A program made the position numbers and the translations under genes. A DNA stretch of 64,000 nucleotides from Planktothrix sp. GU0601_MAG3 (lineage in GTDB: Bacteria > Cyanobacteriota > Cyanobacteriia > Cyanobacteriales > Microcoleaceae), in the NCBI GenBank assembly GCA_035193785.1, contig CP136572.1, positions 896,001 to 960,000 on the forward strand, given 5' to 3'. The notes beneath the pieces are model-generated. The model saw nothing but the letters and a program-made list of their open reading frames with translations. It had not been told where the DNA came from and made no database searches. Numbering within the stretch: the stretch's first letter is position 1; each line of letters starts with the position of its first letter. Shown piece by piece: positions 11,671-20,909 of the stretch.

Positions 11671-12113
11671 GCATTATTTAACATTTGATCATCATTTTCC
11701 AGGGTTTCTTTAAAAATACTGTGATCAAACTGATGATGTTACAATTTTAATCAAGATTTTTAGATAAAGCTCTCTCATCCTTGACCATTATACCCTTTAT
11801 ACCCTTTACGAACGGGTATATTTTAATTATAAGTATTGATTTTGATCCCGGTGTGAGTGAAATCACTGAAAGTGTATAGAGAATTGTGATAGAAGTCAAT
11901 CAAATCTTGGTAATTTCTGAATATTTCTGAGGTTTTATGAGGTTTTAATGAGAGAATTTAGGATAAAGTATCAACTTAGCCCGGGAGGATTTTATCGGTC
12001 GGTAAAAATTTGGCAAAACTAATGAGCTTTTCTGGTTTTCATTCGGTTCAAATTGAATCAAAATATAAGTAAATCCATTCTGATCCCCTGTATCCTTAAC
12101 TCCAACCCTCTAT

Positions 12114-13001
12114 ATGTGCCACCTAACTCAAACTCTGATCATTGGCTGTATTTATCGTTTATACACGGGTTACCATCAAATTTACGGTCAGCAACAACTT
12201 GGTTATGCTGACTTGATGGTCGAGGTGGCTAATTTTGCTTTGGATCGAATTTCAAAAAGTAATGCACCATACCACAATGTTGAACATACAATTTTAGTAG
12301 CTTTAACTGGACAAGCAATTTTGCGAGGAAAATATCTCAGCGAAAAAAATGTTTCTCCCCAAGAATGGCTACAGACAATTATTGCTTTACTCTGCCATGA
12401 TATTGGCTATGTTAAAGGCATTTGTCGTCAAGATAGAATCGAAGACAGAATCTATGCTACGGGAAAAAATGGCGCAGCAATTCAACTTCTACCGGAAACA
12501 ACCGATGCCAGTTTAACTCCTTATCATGTTGATCGAGGAAAACAGTTTATCCAAGAATATTTTGAGCATAATCCCTTAGTTGATATTAACACAATTCAAC
12601 ACTATGTTGAGTTAACTCGTTTTCCTGTTCCTAATGATGAAGAACATCGAGATACCAGCGATTATCCTGGTTTAATTCGGGCGGCGGATTTAATTGGTCA
12701 GTTAGCTGACCCAAAGTATCTTCATAAAATGCCCGATTTATTTCAAGAATTTGAAGAAACCGGATCAAATCGACAGTTTGGCTATCACCATCCCGATCAT
12801 ATTAGACAGGCTTATCCCAATTTCTTTAAAAATGTTATAACCCAATATATTCAAACCGGGTTGCATTATTTAACCTTTACTATCGAGGGAAATGAAATGA
12901 TCAATCACCTGTATCAAAATGTTGAATTTGCCAAAAGTTATCCCGAAGATAAACTGATTAACTATTGCCCTATTCCCCATCAAAATTCTTCAATTGTTTA
13001 A
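12114..13001 (+). CDS. HD-domain metal-dependent phosphohydrolase (Npun_R2479-like family)
   Basis: YHNVEHT, LCHDIGYVKG, TDASLTPYHVDRG, RAADLIGQLADP. Confidence 0.85.
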   Translation: MCHLTQTLIIGCIYRLYTGYHQIYGQQQLGYADLMVEVANFALDRISKSNAPYHNVEHTILVALTGQAILRGKYLSEKNVSPQEWLQTIIALLCHDIGYVKGICRQDRIEDRIYATGKNGAAIQLLPETTDASLTPYHVDRGKQFIQEYFEHNPLVDINTIQHYVELTRFPVPNDEEHRDTSDYPGLIRAADLIGQLADPKYLHKMPDLFQEFEETGSNRQFGYHHPDHIRQAYPNFFKNVITQYIQTGLHYLTFTIEGNEMINHLYQNVEFAKSYPEDKLINYCPIPHQNSSIV

Positions 13002-13083
13002 AGTAGATATTACACTGTAAATAGACTACTAAACCCTATCAATCTATCAGCTATTCAATAGAATCCATCGACTCGGAAAATCT

Positions 13084-13407
13084 ATGTTAAAATCATCTAT
13101 AGCATTGCGTATAGGATTGGGGACGGGATTATTTTTTACCCTCTGTTTTCTCGCTGTGGGAGATTCTTTAGTGACCAGTTTAGAGTTAGGAATTATATCG
13201 GGATGGTCTGTAGGCTGTTTGGTCAAATGGTGGCAAATGGATCAAAAATCAGAATCAACGGAGACTTTTGAAATTGAAGATATTACCGATAATCTTTCCG
13301 ATATTCTAACCAAATCCAAGCTATTACCACGCCAATCTACATCAAATCCCCGTCCCACCCAGGCTACAACCCTTTTGGGTTGGATTTTTAAACGGAATAA
13401 AAATTAA
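13084..13407 (+). CDS. Hypothetical membrane protein
   Basis: 107-aa ORF with two N-terminal hydrophobic segments. Confidence 0.55.
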   Translation: MLKSSIALRIGLGTGLFFTLCFLAVGDSLVTSLELGIISGWSVGCLVKWWQMDQKSESTETFEIEDITDNLSDILTKSKLLPRQSTSNPRPTQATTLLGWIFKRNKN

Positions 13408-13450
13408 TACAGTCAATAAAGATGCAGAATATTTAATATAAAAATCTACA

Positions 13451-14245
13451 ATGTTTCTATTTTTATCTAAACTTTTACCTTTATTTATTTACCCCTTGGG
13501 GTTGAGTTGCTTATTAATGTTTGTGGCTCTATTTACCCTGTGGAAATATCCCCGATGGACAGGAGCCGTGATCGGTTGTGCCCTGGTAATTTTATTATTA
13601 GGAAGTAGTCGAGGAGTTGCTCAATTATTAGTCGGATATCTTGAATCCCAAAATGTTCCTAAAACCGAACTTCCTAATGCCGCGGCGATTGTTGTTTTAG
13701 GCGGTGGGACTAAACCAGCCTTACCCCCGCGTCCTTGGGTAGATGTCTCGGAAGCGGGCGATCGCATTTTATATGGAGCCCTATTACATCGTCAGAAAAA
13801 AGCCCCTTGGTTAATTTTAAGTGGGGGGAGAATTAATTGGCAAGGAGGGGGCGATCCCGAATCTCAAGATATGGCTAAAATTGCTGAATCTATGGGTGTT
13901 TCCCCCTCGGCAATTTTACAAGATCCAACTTCATTAAATACCTATGAAAATGCGGTGAATGTGGGAAATATTTTAAAAGAAAATAATATTCAAGGGCCGA
14001 TTTTATTGGTAACTTCTGCTTTACATACTCCCCGATCGCTATTGATTTTTAAACGTCTAGGAATGGAAGTAATTCCAGCACCCACGGATTTTTTAATGAT
14101 TCCTTCTGAAATTAATCAGGCTCAAAAAACTTGGCAAGGTGTCCTACTCGGTTGGATACCCGATACTCTATCTTTGCATCAAACAACTCAAGCCTTAAAA
14201 GAATATATTGGGTTAGGAGTTTATCGGTTACGGGGTTGGTTGTAG
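13451..14245 (+). CDS. YdcF/DUF218 family protein
   Basis: AIVVLGGG, LILSGG, SLNTYENA, LLVTSALHTPRS, LKEYIG. Confidence 0.9.
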   Translation: MFLFLSKLLPLFIYPLGLSCLLMFVALFTLWKYPRWTGAVIGCALVILLLGSSRGVAQLLVGYLESQNVPKTELPNAAAIVVLGGGTKPALPPRPWVDVSEAGDRILYGALLHRQKKAPWLILSGGRINWQGGGDPESQDMAKIAESMGVSPSAILQDPTSLNTYENAVNVGNILKENNIQGPILLVTSALHTPRSLLIFKRLGMEVIPAPTDFLMIPSEINQAQKTWQGVLLGWIPDTLSLHQTTQALKEYIGLGVYRLRGWL

Positions 14246-14340
14246 GGAATTACGAATTACGAATTACGAATTACGAATAGGGAATGGGTAATAAATCAAT
14301 TCTTACACTGATGACTGATTCCTGATGACTGATTCCTGTG
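14246..14340 (+). repeat. ACGAATT heptamer array and CTGATGACTGATTC duplication
   Basis: Directly visible. Confidence 0.8.
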
Positions 14341-14379
14341 TTAAGGTGAAAGCATTCCTTAATTGAGGATTGTGTGATC

Positions 14380-14605
14380 ATGCCGTTTGAATGGGAACAG
14401 ACAGTTAAACAACCCGGTCAAGCTGTGGTGGAAGCTCTGCAAGTCCATCAACTAACTCGAGAGTTTCACCAAGAAATTGAATATCGGGATGAATTTGCAC
14501 AATATTGTTCCTGGTATTATCAAACCGCCGCACGCCACCGTCAAGAAACTGGAAACAATGCGAAGGGACATTAATATTCTCGGTTGGTTTTTGGGCAGAA
14601 AATAG
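14380..14605 (+). CDS. Small conserved cyanobacterial hypothetical protein (frameshift ~14545)
   Basis: FHQEIEYRDEFAQYCSWYYQTAARHRQ then repaired ELETMRRDINILGWF. Confidence 0.7.
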
Positions 14606-14657
14606 GAGACTGGGAGAAATTATTGATCAAAATTCTCCCGTCTCCCATATTCTCAAA

Positions 14658-14882
14658 CTATTGTATCAATTCTAACTCATCTTCTCGGAAATGGGCCTTG
14701 AATTTGTTGCCAAAATCCACAACAATAGGCAAATTCGGGCTAAGGGGTCTTCCCCGCCAATCGGTAATCACAGACACAACATCCCCTTCCAATCCCTTAG
14801 TATCAAATTCCTGATTCCGATGTTCAGGATGAACATAAACGACAACAGATGTTTTAACAGAAACGCGATCGCCAGCCTTCAT
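14658..14882 (-). CDS. ftrV: Ferredoxin-thioredoxin reductase variable chain
   Basis: MKAGDRVSVKTSVVVYVHPEHR...WRGRPLSPNLP...FKAHF. Confidence 0.9.
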   Translation of the reverse strand: MKAGDRVSVKTSVVVYVHPEHRNQEFDTKGLEGDVVSVITDWRGRPLSPNLPIVVDFGNKFKAHFREDELELIQ

Positions 14883-15072
14883 AAATTTTAACCTAGTATT
14901 TCTTCTCTAACTCCCCGGTAATAGCACCTGTAAGTGTCACTGGCACTCTTATCAGACAGTCTTTCCATATTTGCACAAAATCGCCACAAAACTTGCAGTA
15001 GCACAGAAAAATTTTGTTCTGGATTTAGCCGGAGAATCTGATCTTGACCATGAAGAAGAAGAAACACGCCCC

Positions 15073-15354
15073 TCAAATCCAATCTTCTTGATCATTTTTT
15101 TTGCCTCGATAAATTTGACCTGTGGTGTGAATTTGGCGAGTTTTTTCAAATAAAGTTTCGTCGGTATATCCCCAGGTTTGTAAGATTGTTTCCAGATCGC
15201 TTTGAATATCCTTTGCACCCGGAAAACCTCGATAGCGAATTTTTAAACGGGCTAATTCCACCAGATTATAGTCCGTTGCTTCTTGCTCTAAAAGACTCAG
15301 AACAATCTTTCGATCAGTATTGTATTGAGGATGTTTCTGTTCTTGAGTTGTCAT
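15073..15354 (-). CDS. DUF3288-like cyanobacterial protein
   Basis: QKHPQYNTDR, ELARLKIRYRGFPGAKDIQ, EDW end. Confidence 0.8.
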   Translation of the reverse strand: MTTQEQKHPQYNTDRKIVLSLLEQEATDYNLVELARLKIRYRGFPGAKDIQSDLETILQTWGYTDETLFEKTRQIHTTGQIYRGKKNDQEDWI

Positions 15355-15456
15355 AACTAGCGATCGCTTGCCCGATTCTTGATCACAAAATTTATCACCT
15401 TCATTCTAACACTATTACAGAACTCAAAAGCCATCGAGGGAAAGTTTCTCTTTTTT

Positions 15457-15485
15457 ACCGGATCAATTTGATTCAACTTGTATTA
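15457..15485 (+). promoter_or_regulatory. DIF1-like promoter ACCGGA-N17-GTA upstream of patX
   Basis: ACCGGA at 15457-15462 and GTA at 15480-15482; one mismatch to the HetR-dependent TCCGGA motif. Confidence 0.55.
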
Positions 15486-15516
15486 GAGAATGGACACTCT
15501 AATGCGGACAACTCTT

Positions 15517-15696
15517 ATGCGAATCTACAGCACTATTTTATTATCGACTTTGTTAGTATCTACCCTGACTCGTCATCTTCTTAATCCGATTAACGTTAAT
15601 TTATCTTCAACAAATGAAGTGGTCGCTTTTATCGCAACTCAAACCAGTTCAGAATTTGATACACAAGGCGTTCCTCATCGGGGAAGTGGACGTTAA
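15517..15696 (+). CDS. patX: PatX-like HetR-inhibitor peptide precursor
   Basis: MR start plus hydrophobic signal-like segment and C-terminal PHRGSGR*; alternative starts at 15490 and 15502. Confidence 0.85.
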   Translation: MRIYSTILLSTLLVSTLTRHLLNPINVNLSSTNEVVAFIATQTSSEFDTQGVPHRGSGR

Positions 15697-15717
15697 TGAT
15701 CATAATTAAAAAATCGA

Positions 15718-15787
15718 GGAGTGAGTTGAGAAACAATAGAATCATATCTATATATTTCTTGGAATTTGAAACTCACTCCATTTTTTT
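15718..15787 (+). terminator. Possible long-loop stem followed by a U-tract after patX
   Basis: GGAGTGAGTT ... AACTCACTCC then a T run. Confidence 0.4.
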
Positions 15788-15806
15788 AACATTTGATAAG
15801 GGGATG

Positions 15807-15859
15807 ATCAATCAGGATTTGATTGATGCTCCGGATCAGTAATTAAAGCATTGGTATTC
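15807..15859 (+). promoter_or_regulatory. DIF1-like promoter TCCGGA-N18-GTA with an adjacent upstream inverted repeat
   Basis: TCCGGA 15830-15835, GTA 15854-15856; ATCAATCA-N5-TGATTGAT palindrome just upstream. Confidence 0.6.
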
Positions 15860-15889
15860 AACGGTAGTAGTTTCAATAATCTGAGAAAA

Positions 15890-16127
15890 ATGTCTGACTT
15901 TATCACCATCTTAATAATCGGTACTATTGTGAGTTTGCCTCATGGTTTTGACCATCAAACTCAAAGTCTACAACCGCGTGATCCAGAACAAATTCAGTTT
16001 TTCGAGTCCAGAGAATTTCTTGTGTCTCTGAAACCCCGATCAAATAAAAACCAACCATCGCAGTCACGAAGATCAAGATACCGAAGATATTTCTCCCAAA
16101 CGCGGTGATGGACGACGGGATAGCTGA
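15890..16127 (+). CDS. Second PatX-like secreted peptide with variant RGDGRR motif (frameshift ~16030)
   Basis: Hydrophobic N-terminus FITILIIGTIVSL; GAAAC to GAAC repair gives a 78-aa protein ending ISPKRGDGRRDS*. Confidence 0.65.
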
Positions 16128-16167
16128 TCGGCAATTCTAATAAATTAATCGGCTGACCGTTTTTGTG

Positions 16168-17569
16168 TTATTCCACAGATTCCCCTCCAACAACGACATT
16201 GCGGATGCGTAAACTCGGGCCACCACAGCCTACAGGTAAGCCATTTTGTCCTCCTTTTCCACAACCCCCCGATTCATCCCAATAAAAGTCATCACCAATA
16301 GCCTCAATATCTGCCAGGGTAGTAAACACATTCCCCGATAACGTCACATCCCGAACCGGTTCTTCTAATTTTCCCTTTCTAATCATCCACGCTTCCCCGG
16401 CACTGAATGTAAACATTTCGCCATTGGTCATTCCTCCCAACCAATTACGAGCATAAACTCCTTCTTTCACATCACTGAATAAGTCCCCAACCGGAGTATC
16501 ACCCCGTTCGATCCAGGTATTTGTCATTCTAACCAAGGGGGGAAAATGATAATTCAAACAACGGGAATTTCCGGTGGGGACTTCTCCTAATTTACCTGCG
16601 GTTTCACGGGAATGAAGGCGACCAACTAAAGCCCCATCTTTGATTAGTTGGGTGGTGGTCGCTGGAGTTCCTTCGTCATCGTACTGATAGCTTCCCCGAT
16701 GTCCCGCCGGAGCAGCACCATCAAAGATTTGGAGATTTTTCGGGCCAAATTGACGCCCCAAGGTCATAACTTCTAATAAATCAGGATTTTCGTAGGCCAT
16801 ATCCGCCTCCGACAAATGACCAAAGGCTTCATGGACGAATAAGCCCGACAAAATGGGGTCAATAACAACGGTATAAACATTCCCTTTAACTGGGGGAAGG
16901 GCTAGGGAATTCACCGCCCGCCCCGCCGCACTGCGAACCTGCTCATCGAGATTTGTCAGGTCTTCATAGGCCTTGCGGGAACCTGTGGTTTCCCGTCCGG
17001 TTTGTACGGTTTCCCCATTTCTGGCGGTGGCGGCAAAGCGCATTTCCATATCGACCCAAGATTGTTCTAACAGAGTCCCTTCGGAGGTGATCAGAATTAT
17101 TCTTTGGGTGCTGTCGTTGTAGCGGACAGAAATGGTGGCAATACAGGGGTCAACACTACGCAGAATTTGGCCGTAGCGATCGCATAATTCTTTTTTTTCT
17201 GCCAAGGAAATTTGACGGGGATCGGTTTCCCGTTAAGGGTAGGTTACAGCTATCTTGAATAATGGGAATTGGGGCGAGAATGGTTTCTTCCGTACCAATC
17301 AGTTTGGCGGCGGTGATGGCCTCACCAATGCGATCTTCTAGGGTTGAGAGGCGATTAAAACTAGAAAAACCCCATCCGCCTCGATAGCAAGCCCGAACCT
17401 GACCGCCGATGGAAAGTCCTTCACTCAAGGTTTCAATTCGATCTCCCCGTAATAATATATCTGTTTCTTCGGCTTCTTCCAGACGAATAGCTAAATAATC
17501 TACTTGGGACTGGTAACGCCCCATTAAATCGGCTAACAGATTCTTCACATCGGCAAGCAAACTAGGCAT
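16168..17569 (-). CDS. tldD: TldD/PmbA family metalloprotease (frameshift ~17225)
   Basis: HEAFGHLSEAD, YDDEG, RMTNT, CGKGGQ...GGP. Confidence 0.9.
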
Positions 17570-17579
17570 AATGTTCAGT

Positions 17580-17812
17580 GGGGAATAGGGAATAGGGAAT
17601 AGGGAACAGGGAACAGGGAACAGGGAATAGGGAATAGGGAACAGGGAACAGGGAACAGGGAACAGGGAACAGGGAACAGGGAACAGGGAACAGGGAACAC
17701 CGGATCTGGCTGCGTCGTGAGCCTGTCGAACGAGAACAGGGAATAGGGAATAGGGAATAGGGAATAGGGAATAGGCTACGTCGTGAGCCAGTCGAACGAG
17801 AATAGGGAACAC
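17580..17812 (+). repeat. Long GGGAA(T/C)A heptamer array interrupted twice by a CGTCGTGAGCC(T/A)GTCGAACGA unit
   Basis: More than 20 heptamer units; inserted units at ~17707-17733 and ~17775-17800. Confidence 0.95.
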
Positions 17813-17899
17813 CGAGTAATAGTTCTGGTTGTTTCATATCAGCACCAAAATATTATAACCTTGGCGCGGGTTGCTGTATTCGGATATTGAGCATCGGGG

Positions 17900-19096
17900 T
17901 TAAGGGGAATCTCGACGCTGGATAAATTCAAACCCGCCATCCTTATTTAACTGTATAATATTTCCTCTCCAGTTAATTTTTCGAGGGAGAAACAGGGTGA
18001 CAATAATATGAATTGGCAGTAAAATTTGAACTAAAATTAATATAATAATATGGGTTTTTGGTGTAGCATTTCTCAGATAGTTTTGATTAAAGTTATTTAA
18101 TATGGCATAATTCAAACCAAGGTAAATAACCGCATAAATTAAGGTATTAATAGAAGGAAATAATAGACCGTAGATAGAAACAATTAACGGGAACATTGTG
18201 GGGATAAATGCTGTTAAATAAAAGACAATTAGTTCGGGAAAATCGGAGAATTTTAAAATAGAGGCTTGGGGAAAGATAAACCAGCGTGTGATTAGGTTAA
18301 AATAGTGGGTGGAGTCTTGAATTTGGGTACTAATTCCATGACAAACGGGGGTTTGGGCGAGTTGATAACCCCGTTGGCGAAAATGTTGAGCGATCGCATA
18401 ATCATCGACAATAAATTTATCTAAAGCGGCAAAACCATCAACCTTTTCTAATACTTCTTTTTTGATCACAAAAAACATTCCATTAATGGTAAATGGATTA
18501 ATTAGATAGGTATAGGGAATATAGGTAAGTAGGTTATTGCCATTAACCACACTGGAAACTAAGGTTGACCAAAAATTAGAAAAGTTGACATAATAGGGTA
18601 AACCAAAGGCTACGCCAATCTCGGGTTTTTCTAAATAGGGTAGACATTGATCAAAGGCTTGATTAGGTAACATGGTATCATCGTCCAACACCGCAATAAT
18701 ATTACCCGTTGCTTGTTTTACTCCTTCAATCAGTTTAAACATTTTCGGACTAATTTGATTCGGGGATGGGGGTAAAGAGATTAATTTAATCTGGACATCT
18801 GGATAGGTTTCTATCAGTTGACGACATCCAATTTGTGCCGGGGTATCATTCTGATCAATTAACCAAATAAATTCTAGTTGATGGGAGGTTTTTAGGGCTA
18901 AATTGTGGCCCAGACAGTCCCATAATGTCGGATCACCGCTTAAGATTGGTTGTAGGATAGAAATTTGATGGGATGACACTGGAGGAATAGATTCAGATGA
19001 CCGTTGGGCTGTTTGGAAGAAATGTTGAATTAAAACCCATTTTATTGCCCTTTCTAATATAATTATTATCCCTAAAACTAGGATTAAAATATTCAT
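17900..19096 (-). CDS. GT-A glycosyltransferase (GT21/ceramide glucosyltransferase-like)
   Basis: SILQPILSGD, SPKMFKL, VLDDD, VDDY, RW motif, flanking TM helices. Confidence 0.8.
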   Translation of the reverse strand: MNILILVLGIIIILERAIKWVLIQHFFQTAQRSSESIPPVSSHQISILQPILSGDPTLWDCLGHNLALKTSHQLEFIWLIDQNDTPAQIGCRQLIETYPDVQIKLISLPPSPNQISPKMFKLIEGVKQATGNIIAVLDDDTMLPNQAFDQCLPYLEKPEIGVAFGLPYYVNFSNFWSTLVSSVVNGNNLLTYIPYTYLINPFTINGMFFVIKKEVLEKVDGFAALDKFIVDDYAIAQHFRQRGYQLAQTPVCHGISTQIQDSTHYFNLITRWFIFPQASILKFSDFPELIVFYLTAFIPTMFPLIVSIYGLLFPSINTLIYAVIYLGLNYAILNNFNQNYLRNATPKTHIIILILVQILLPIHIIVTLFLPRKINWRGNIIQLNKDGGFEFIQRRDSP

Positions 19097-19120
19097 AATT
19101 TCTCCTGATCAATTAATGAT

Positions 19121-20114
19121 TTAATATTCTAAAACCATTCCCCCCAGGGAGAATCCGGCGGAAGTTCCTAATAGAAGAATGCGATCGCCTCGGTGAATTC
19201 TACCTTGTTGGATAGCTTCGTGGAGGGTCATCGGAATGGAGGCGGCGATTGTGTTTCCGTGATTTGTGGCAATTACCATCCATTTTTCTTCAGGAATATT
19301 CAGTCCTTTGCGAATTAAACCCATCGCCATTAAACTGGCTTGATGGGGAATTACTAAATCAATATCTGCTAAGGTTAATCCCGCAGGTTGTAATAATCTT
19401 TCCATAAATCCGGGTAAAGTTTTTGCTGCTAAACGATAAATGGCGCGACCTTGCATTTTAAATAAAAACCGATCGATATTCTCGGAGTATTCCCGGGGAT
19501 GATAGCGATTTCCCGCGCCCAAACATTGGGATAAATCTGCACCTTGACTATAGGTTTCTAAGCGAGAAACAGATAATTTTCGATCCCTCCTGAATATCGG
19601 TTTTACCAATAATGGCGGCGGCGGCACCATCTCCAAATAAGGTGCTACTTTCTCGATCTTTCCAATCAATTCCTCGGGTAATTTCCGAGGCGACTAATAA
19701 CACCCGAGAATAACGTCCAGCATCGACTAAATAGGAGAGGGTATCTAACCCGACGACGAAACTCAAACAAGTTGAATTAATATCAAAACTAGGAATTCCC
19801 GAAGACTCACCACCCAATTGTTTTTGAACTAAAGCCGCCGTACAGGGAATTGATTGCTCAGGAACACTACTGGTACAAACAATACAATCAATATCACTTA
19901 GGGATAGTCCCGCAGTCTCTAACGCTCTTTCCGCAGCGATCGCGCCCATTTGAGAAGCCGTTTCATCTTCAACAAAATGACGCACCAGCACCCCAGATTT
20001 TTTTTGAATCCAAGCGGCTTCAATTCCTAGTTTTTGCCCTAATTGTTCGGCGGTAACTTGATTTTTGGGGAGATATTTTCCCGTTGCTAATAGTTTTACT
20101 CGCCTTGACTGCAC
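19121..20114 (-). CDS. Beta-ketoacyl-ACP synthase III family protein (frameshift ~19566)
   Basis: Cys-His-Asn triad: DINSTCLSF, IPHQAS, HGNTIAAS; LFGDGAAA; GTG start at 20114 assumed. Confidence 0.9.
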
Positions 20115-20909
20115 TAAGTTTAGAGGTAAGGGGTTAGGGTCAGGGGTTTCTGTCCTTAAATGGTGGGAATCTTGAGGGTGGGTACGGCCAATAACCATAT
20201 TGTTATTAATTTTGAAAATATTTGAAAATCTTAGCATTATTTTTTTGACCTTGAGAACAATTTAAAGATTCAATTTAGATTCTCTGGGGTTATTCGTTTT
20301 GAGGTTTGATCCTAGGTGAATAAATTTTGATTTAGGTCGATTATCTAATCCGATCTTTTGCCAAAATGGGGCTCAACTATGTTGTCCAAAATTTCCCCTA
20401 CTTCTATAATTTAGAACGGTTAAATTTCTTCGCTTTTAACCTAGTAGTACCTATCTGATTACAAACGATTATCCCCAAAATCATTCCAAGTTCTCATTTT
20501 CACCCCTAGGACTGTTCTCCCCGCTAGACCTAAAATTTGTCTGGGTAGGGTCTTCCGAGATCAAAAGCAGATCCGATATCAACCTGAGCTTCAGTAGTGG
20601 GGGGCACCGAAAACCCAAAATTTTAAAAATTAGCTCATAAAACCGAGAACCTATGATAGAATCAAAAATTAGAGGTTATTAGTTTTTTGGACTAATTACT
20701 CACGCGAGAACTGAGCGGTTTTTGAAGGTGTGGAGCATACTCAGATGTATAATTCAAAATTGTTATGGCTGTGTTGTCCCTACGCCGGAGATCAGATGGG
20801 ATTGATTCTTTGTTCTGAATGCGAATCGATAGAAATTAAAACCTATTGACAGAAGTAGAATTTAGCATCAATCTTAAATTAACTCTTAATTTATTAGGTT
20901 AAATTTGAT

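Noticed and set aside
14888..15218. Overlapping short ORFs between ftrV and the DUF3288-like gene
   Set aside because: Overlap the recognisable gene in other frames or lack motifs
17700..17810. Mini-CRISPR from the two ~26-nt units
   Set aside because: Only two copies, and the spacer is simple heptamer repeat
17562..17837. SLFPVPC-repeat ORF and the N-terminal extension of TldD
   Set aside because: Translation of heptamer repeats; TldD homology starts at MPSLL (17569)
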